64,000 bases of DNA from Selaginella moellendorffii (Eukaryota > Plantae > Lycopodiophyta): positions 434,001-498,000 of the forward strand of contig NW_003314369.1 in the NCBI RefSeq assembly GCF_000143415.4, given 5' to 3'. A model generated the notes under the pieces. It made no database searches. It was not told the DNA's origin and saw nothing but the letters and a program-made list of their open reading frames with translations. Both the position numbers and the translations under genes were made by a program. Shown here piece by piece: positions 58,118-64,000 of this stretch (positions are counted from its first letter, which is position 1; each line of letters starts with the position of its first letter).

Positions 58118-61100
58118 TCACACTGCCAGTGACAAGAGGAGCGCTGTGCCACGCTTCACCCAGTGGTCTGGACTGGCGTTTCCAGTCTTCAACGCGACGT
58201 TGAGCAGAAAACTCGGCCTTTCTCTCGTTCCCGTGCGAATGGGATAGAGAAATAGAGGGCACATGTAGAGGCCCTTTGGAACTTTTTTCTTGTTGACAAC
58301 CGGTTTGAAAAGAATGATAGGCATTGGCACTATCAGTTCCATCGGCTTTGGTTCCTGCGACAAAAAGTGGTTTAGCTTCAGCGATGGCAGAAAAGAAACT
58401 TACTGTCAAGCATTCGTTTTTCGAGTCCCATCCTGCTCCTTCCAAGAACAGTCCCTTCACGTAAATTCCTTCTTTTGGCGGCTCCTGAATATCACTCTCC
58501 TCCTTGTTGATGATAGTGAATTCCCAAGTCAAAGTATCGACTGGTATCAAGTTTCTTCTTGCTGTTGTCTGAAGAACAGCAGTAAGAAAATCAGCGGGAT
58601 ACGTAAATCCAGCGAGCCAATATACGAGAGGGTACGTCCTCTCTGCCCAGTTCTTCAATTCAATTATCCTTTGCAAGAGGTCTCTTGTCCAAGGGCCCAG
58701 AGGTTTTAAAGAAGGATACGCTCTACAGGCATCAAGCATGAGCAACAGATAAAAGGAAAGAGCCTCGAAAAAACTTACTTGAGCCATTGTGCAGGCACTC
58801 TTGCTTCAGCAAGTGCGTTGAACATAAGCTCCAAGTCCGGAGACATTGATACAAGACCTTGCACAGCCTTCTCCAAAGTCAAACATGATTCACGCATATT
58901 TTTGAGAAGAATGTTGTATCTCTCAAGCTCCTGGAAAAGAACAGTGTGCAATGCTGATGGATCGTGCGCTTTTTGTGCTTGTATATCAGCCAAGTCGAAT
59001 GGTTCGGGTATCTGAAACAAGAAAACCGTCATCGCCTGCAGAGAATGAAAACCTTGAAGAGGCCTACCTGTTGGATGAGATCGGCAAGAACGTTTCCAAC
59101 CATTTCTTCGGTGCTAAGGCCGCCTTTACTGGTGGCCACCCTCGGTTGCAAGCTCGTGATAGTCTCCAGGACGATTTTACTGGCAGCGAGCTGAGAGGCA
59201 ATGTCAGCGTTGCCATGCTGGCCAAAGGCCTCCGGTTTGTCGACAGTCGGGAGCGTCTGTATAAACTCTTTGTGACTCTGCAGAGTTCCATCATCAGGGA
59301 TGTGATAAACGGGAATAGAAGAAAGCTGATAATTTTGGTTTGCGAGGGCCTCTTCGCAGTAGAACTGATTGAGGTAAGAAGCGAGGACACGGCGGTCGAG
59401 CTCGTCAGTGACTCGACCACCGTAGTTGGCTTCAGATATCAAAAACTTGAGAGCATCGAAAGGAGTAATCTCGTACTCGTCCAGGTACGTTTTAAGCAAA
59501 TCATCTGAGACCTGCATTTGAAAGAATCCCGGATCTTAGCTAGCCGGAAAGAAACGTAGTGAACTTACTTGAAAATCCGTGTCGTTGAAATCGTATGGAA
59601 TGTTAAAGCCCAGTGTCCCAAACTTTCTACGCTCGAGAAGCACGCTGTGGAAGTAAGCGAGTGCAAAGAAAAGCTTTTGGTACTTGTGCTGTGTTTTGCA
59701 CGCAAAGAACGACTCTTCTGTCGTTTGATTATAGAGCCTGGTAAGGTTAGCTCGCAGACCCTGTGAGAAAAAAATTACTTAGAGGCAATTCATCGTCATT
59801 CTTTCCAACCAAACCTTTGGAGGTTCTGCTGTCATTTTAACGCTACGTTGAAGGATAGAAATGGGGAATTCCGAGCTCGGTGCGCTAGAAAGCCAAAGCC
59901 TAAACGTTTCATTCGGCTTACTCTTTTCCAGGCCCTGAAGAACCTTCTCAAGCGTAGGCAGCCATTTGGTCATAAGATGGCAGTTCGCAAGGAATACCCA
60001 GCCGCCAGCTTTTGCCTGAAAGAAAAAAAAAAGAAAAAAAGAAAAAAGGAAAACAGATTTAATAGAAAGAAACTTGATATACTTACTGCTTCGTTGATCA
60101 GCCTGATTGCAACAGGACCCTGTCCCTGTCCCAAGGCCACCGCATGAAACTTGTCTTGGATGCCTTTTGTCTGAGCAAACTGTTGAAGACCGGTTGTAGG
60201 ATCCACACCTGATAGCAAGTTTACGTCAGTGACTTTCTTCGAAAGTAAACAGAAAACATACCAGCTGAGAGAATAAAGAGAAGCGGGTTCACAGGTGACG
60301 AGTCGCTATAAGATTCTGCTAAGTCCAGAATTGGTGGCTCAACAAATTTCTGACCCAAAAGACTCGAAACGTATGTTGTGATCGAAAAAATTAGACGATC
60401 CTGCAGACATCAGCATTTAGAAAAGAGGCCGCAGCAGTGTTGTGACTGATACCTGTCGGAAGCACCGTAAAATAATCAGACGCTGCAAGTCATTGCATTT
60501 GTCCTCCCAGTCACCAGGCAGCTCTATTTGCTCCGGCTCCGCAACTTTATACCATTGCTCCCATTTACCTCGCTCCTGTTCTAGGCTCGCGGCCTGTCAA
60601 ACGAGCTTACGTTTAAACAAGCAAGAAATAAGCTGGAGTCCTTTACCAGCTTTTCGAAGTGAGGAATGGCTTTGGAAAGCTCTGTCACATCATCCCACGC
60701 CTGTTCTGAGATCCATGGTGCCGGAATTGGCGGCTGAGATGATCTGTCGAGAACTGTACCGCCCCTCAGGAAAAACTGCCACTCTTCATTTGAAATGACA
60801 TTTGATGCTTGCAAAATTTTTGCACAGATCTGAGGAGATGAGACAGCAACATAAGGAGGTCTTATTTTCTAATAATCAAGAGATACCTGGAGCGAAAGGA
60901 GGAGTTTATGCTTTTCAAACAAACCGCGAGAGGTATATTTATAAACTGCGTAAGTGTGGTACTCAATCAAGGCCTTGATTCGCTCGCTCAAGTTCTCGGA
61001 CCTGAATAAGAGACACGTTAGCTTACTGATGTTTGAATGACGCACACTTACTTAGGCGCCCGTGCAATGGAGATGACGAACAAAACCGTGTAAGCCTCCA

Positions 61101-64000
61101 AAGAAAATTGATACATGGGATCGATTGCCACCAGTTCGTTGAGCAGAAAGTAGAGAAGCGAAGCTCGCTCGGCAACAGTTTTATAAGCTGCACTAGCAAC
61201 TTCAATGCTCTTTGCAGTAACTTCTGCTACCTCCAGAGATACTTTGACCTGATAAACACGAGAGAGCAATCAGGAAAGTCACAAGTTTCACAAGTATCCT
61301 ACCGTTTCCCATGTAACTTTTGACTTGTCCAGAGTTTCTATCAGCTCGAGGTTCTCAAGAAGTGGCCCAGTCGCAGACGAAAGAAGACGCAAAATATTAT
61401 CCTCGCACTCCGCCTGGGTCCGTTTACCGTTTGTCACCTGACAGCAAACAAGAATATATCACAACATGCTGCAACCGAAAGGCGATCCTATACCTGAATA
61501 ATAAGTTCGTTTCTTTGCTTGTCTAGATCTGGTCTTTCTTTCTGAACAACCAGCGTCAGCAGTTGCGCCTCCAAGCTTGCTTCTTTGACAGCAAAGTTGA
61601 TAATGGTTGTTTTCGTCGATGTTTCAGGTGAGAAATGCGGATTCGACAACTTTGTTGTGATGTACAATTTAAATCTCGGATGATAGTCAACTTCCTTATC
61701 GCCCAGTCTCAGGAAAACCTGGAAACAGAGGCTTAGCACACGAAGAATGCCAGGATATACATCTACTCACTCTATTTCCTCGTTGTATAAAAGCTTTCGC
61801 AAGGACAGGTTCTATCGACGGATCAATTTCTTCCATGATGTCTACCAGCAGCACAGGAGTTCCACTTTGAATGCAGTCTTCCATAGTGCGCATCAGGTTA
61901 TCAGTCTAGCAGAAAGAAAAACAATCATATGAGATTGACAAAAGAGACTTATAAATCACGTACTTGCAAATCCATGACAACAAGCCCGTTGCTAGCTTCA
62001 AGGTTCTTAATCCACCTCTTTGACTGTTCCTGTAATCGCCCAAACCTTCCTTTCAGAAAAAAGGAAGACAATGAATGACATTCTGCTTACCTGCGGATCG
62101 ATCATCAAGGGCCATCTATTACTTCGCATGACGACTACACCGTTCTCTGTAGAGAACGAATCTGCGGGAAGGCCTTGAATGTTCCATTCTCGAACATCGC
62201 CAGCATTGGCTAGAAAGTTGCAGAAGTTAAAATCTGCCGAGGAAGGAATCTCTAGCTTCACGACCTGCATCAAAAAAGAGAGAGCCATTAACGTCACACC
62301 AAGCGGCAATTCACGAGGCCAACCTCAGCCATCCATGTTTTGTTCACAAGCTCATCTCGATATTCGGACGAGAAAGGTCCAGCATACGATAGAAACGCCG
62401 CCGCAACAAGACAATCTCCAGGGAGCTTACTTATTTGCTCTTCAAAAGATTTGATGGATGCTTCCCACCTATCTTTCTCGCCAGCCAAACCATTCACGAG
62501 CTTTTCAGCTCGTATAAGTTTCACCTATTAGACAACAGGAAGAATGAGGTAAATGCTTTGCAAAATGTCTCAATAGGCACCTCGAGGTCGTCTGCTTCCC
62601 GCTGAAGCGTCTCTTTCGTGTTCATTGACTTGTCATACTTGTCTTTCAGAACCTGGAGCTTCATTCTCACTTCTTCCAAGGTGTTCCTGCGTAGATACAA
62701 GAATACGTTAGAGTCAAACAGAAACGCAATATAGAGTTACCTCGCAGCTTGCAAAGCGTCCATTTGTTTCTTCAGTGCGTCTTGAGCAGATTTTAGTTTC
62801 GCCTTTTTGGGAGCCACTTCTTTGGCAACGTGGCCATATGACTCCATGGCACGGACCTGTAACGTAAAAGTTTAGTCTATCCATCGCTTTAGAGTTCCCG
62901 TCAGACATTACCCAAAGGCAAAGACCGCGAGCAGCCCCTGAGACTTTCCCGATGATGTCAGGAGTGAAGTCGGGATTTGCAGTATACTTGTTGATCTTTT
63001 TTAACAGCGCATCGACCTGAAGAGAACATTCAATAGACGTCACCAAATGCAAGAATGCACTCACAAGTTGGTCTTTGTCATATTTCAGAAGATTTGTGAG
63101 GAATTGTGAGTCTCCGAGTTGCTTTTTTGCCTCGTCCCAGGTCGGGGGTTTTTTCAGCACTGTCATGACAGCTCCCAACGTCAACTCCACCAAAGCTGGT
63201 GGTTTCGCATATGCCTTCACTTCGCTAAGATCTTTCTTGGTCAAGACATTCAGCGCTTCTTCTGCAGCCATTAGTGCTGGCATAGCTTTATCGAGGTCTT
63301 GCTGACAATCAGAAGCGATTGCGTTGCATATCTTTGCCTCTTTCTCAATCTTAGCTGCTTCTTCATTGACCTGATGGAATCAAACGTCTAGACAAGAACA
63401 TTTTCTTCACCATTACTCACTTGTTTTTCTTGATCATCGATAACACGTTTTTCTTGCACAATCTCCACAAGAATTTCCTCACAGTCCTTCTTTGCTTGTG
63501 CCACAATAACCTTTTTATCCTGGCAGACAATTTGCAATGCTGCCACTTGTTCCCGTGTCTCATTCAAAGTATGAAGACCGCCACGTAGTTTTGCAGCGTT
63601 ATCAGCCAGCTGCTTCTTCTTTTCAGCAATAAGCTTTCGATATCTGGTGGAACAGCGACATTAGAATTTATGCGAAAAGGAGATCATACCCTTTAGCAAA
63701 CTCAAGGTAACTTGTTGGTGTGACATAGTTCCTCCTTTTGAGCTGCGCATACATTTTTGTCGATATAATAATCACTGATTTGTGAATGATCACAAATATC
63801 TTGCAGATATTTGTCTTCACTGCAGCAGCAACATTTTCCTCATCGGCCATCAGCTTTATAGCGACTTCATGAAGAGCGTCTTCAGGCCAATCCAGAAACC
63901 TGCAGTTCGACCCAGATTAGTATTCCAGAACTTGAAAATTTAAGCCTTACCAGTCAATTGTTGTACAATTCACCAGGCCTGGAAACATCATAAGTCTTCT
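58118..64000 (-). CDS. Axonemal dynein heavy chain, inner-arm I1-beta (DNAH2/DHC10) type; 3' part, runs off the window
   Basis: FPGLVNCTTIDWF, RRNYVTPTSYLE, stalk (LTKKDLSEVKAYAKPP), WNIQGLPADSFSTENG, RWPLMIDPQ, NYGGRVTDE.DRR, GLFLEGAGWD and C-terminus CPLFLYPIR.G..ERPSF....PDHWVKRGTALLLSL. Many short introns. Confidence 0.93.

Overview
Eukaryotic land-plant nuclear DNA. Very short GT-AG introns (many 46-60 nt), tight gene packing, intronless PLS-class PPR genes rich in 31-aa repeats and an axonemal dynein heavy chain (flagellated sperm) point to a lycophyte, most likely Selaginella (inference). Gene-dense blocks alternate with decayed-transposon blocks. Apparently intact genes: BAHD acyltransferase, AVT1-like amino-acid transporter, clade-D PP2C, MOS11/SARNP-like protein, an 89-aa three-exon protein absent from the ORF track, three PPRs, small HSP, TPR protein, secreted bulb-lectin fusion, VDE-like, beta-carotene hydroxylase, NAT transporter, ARP5, Bet v 1/MLP and the 3' part of a DNAH2-type dynein. 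Pseudogenes: BAHD, AVT, RCC1-like, TAD1. Mobile elements: a copia remnant, a short-LTR Ty3/gypsy plus a solo LTR, and an old gypsy carrying a very young 787-bp TRIM with identical LTRs. The best candidate for a new system is a tandem two-gene xanthophyll module: beta-carotene hydroxylase directly upstream of a divergent violaxanthin de-epoxidase that lacks the Glu-rich tail and two pH-sensing histidines. Exon models were read by eye and no database searches were run.
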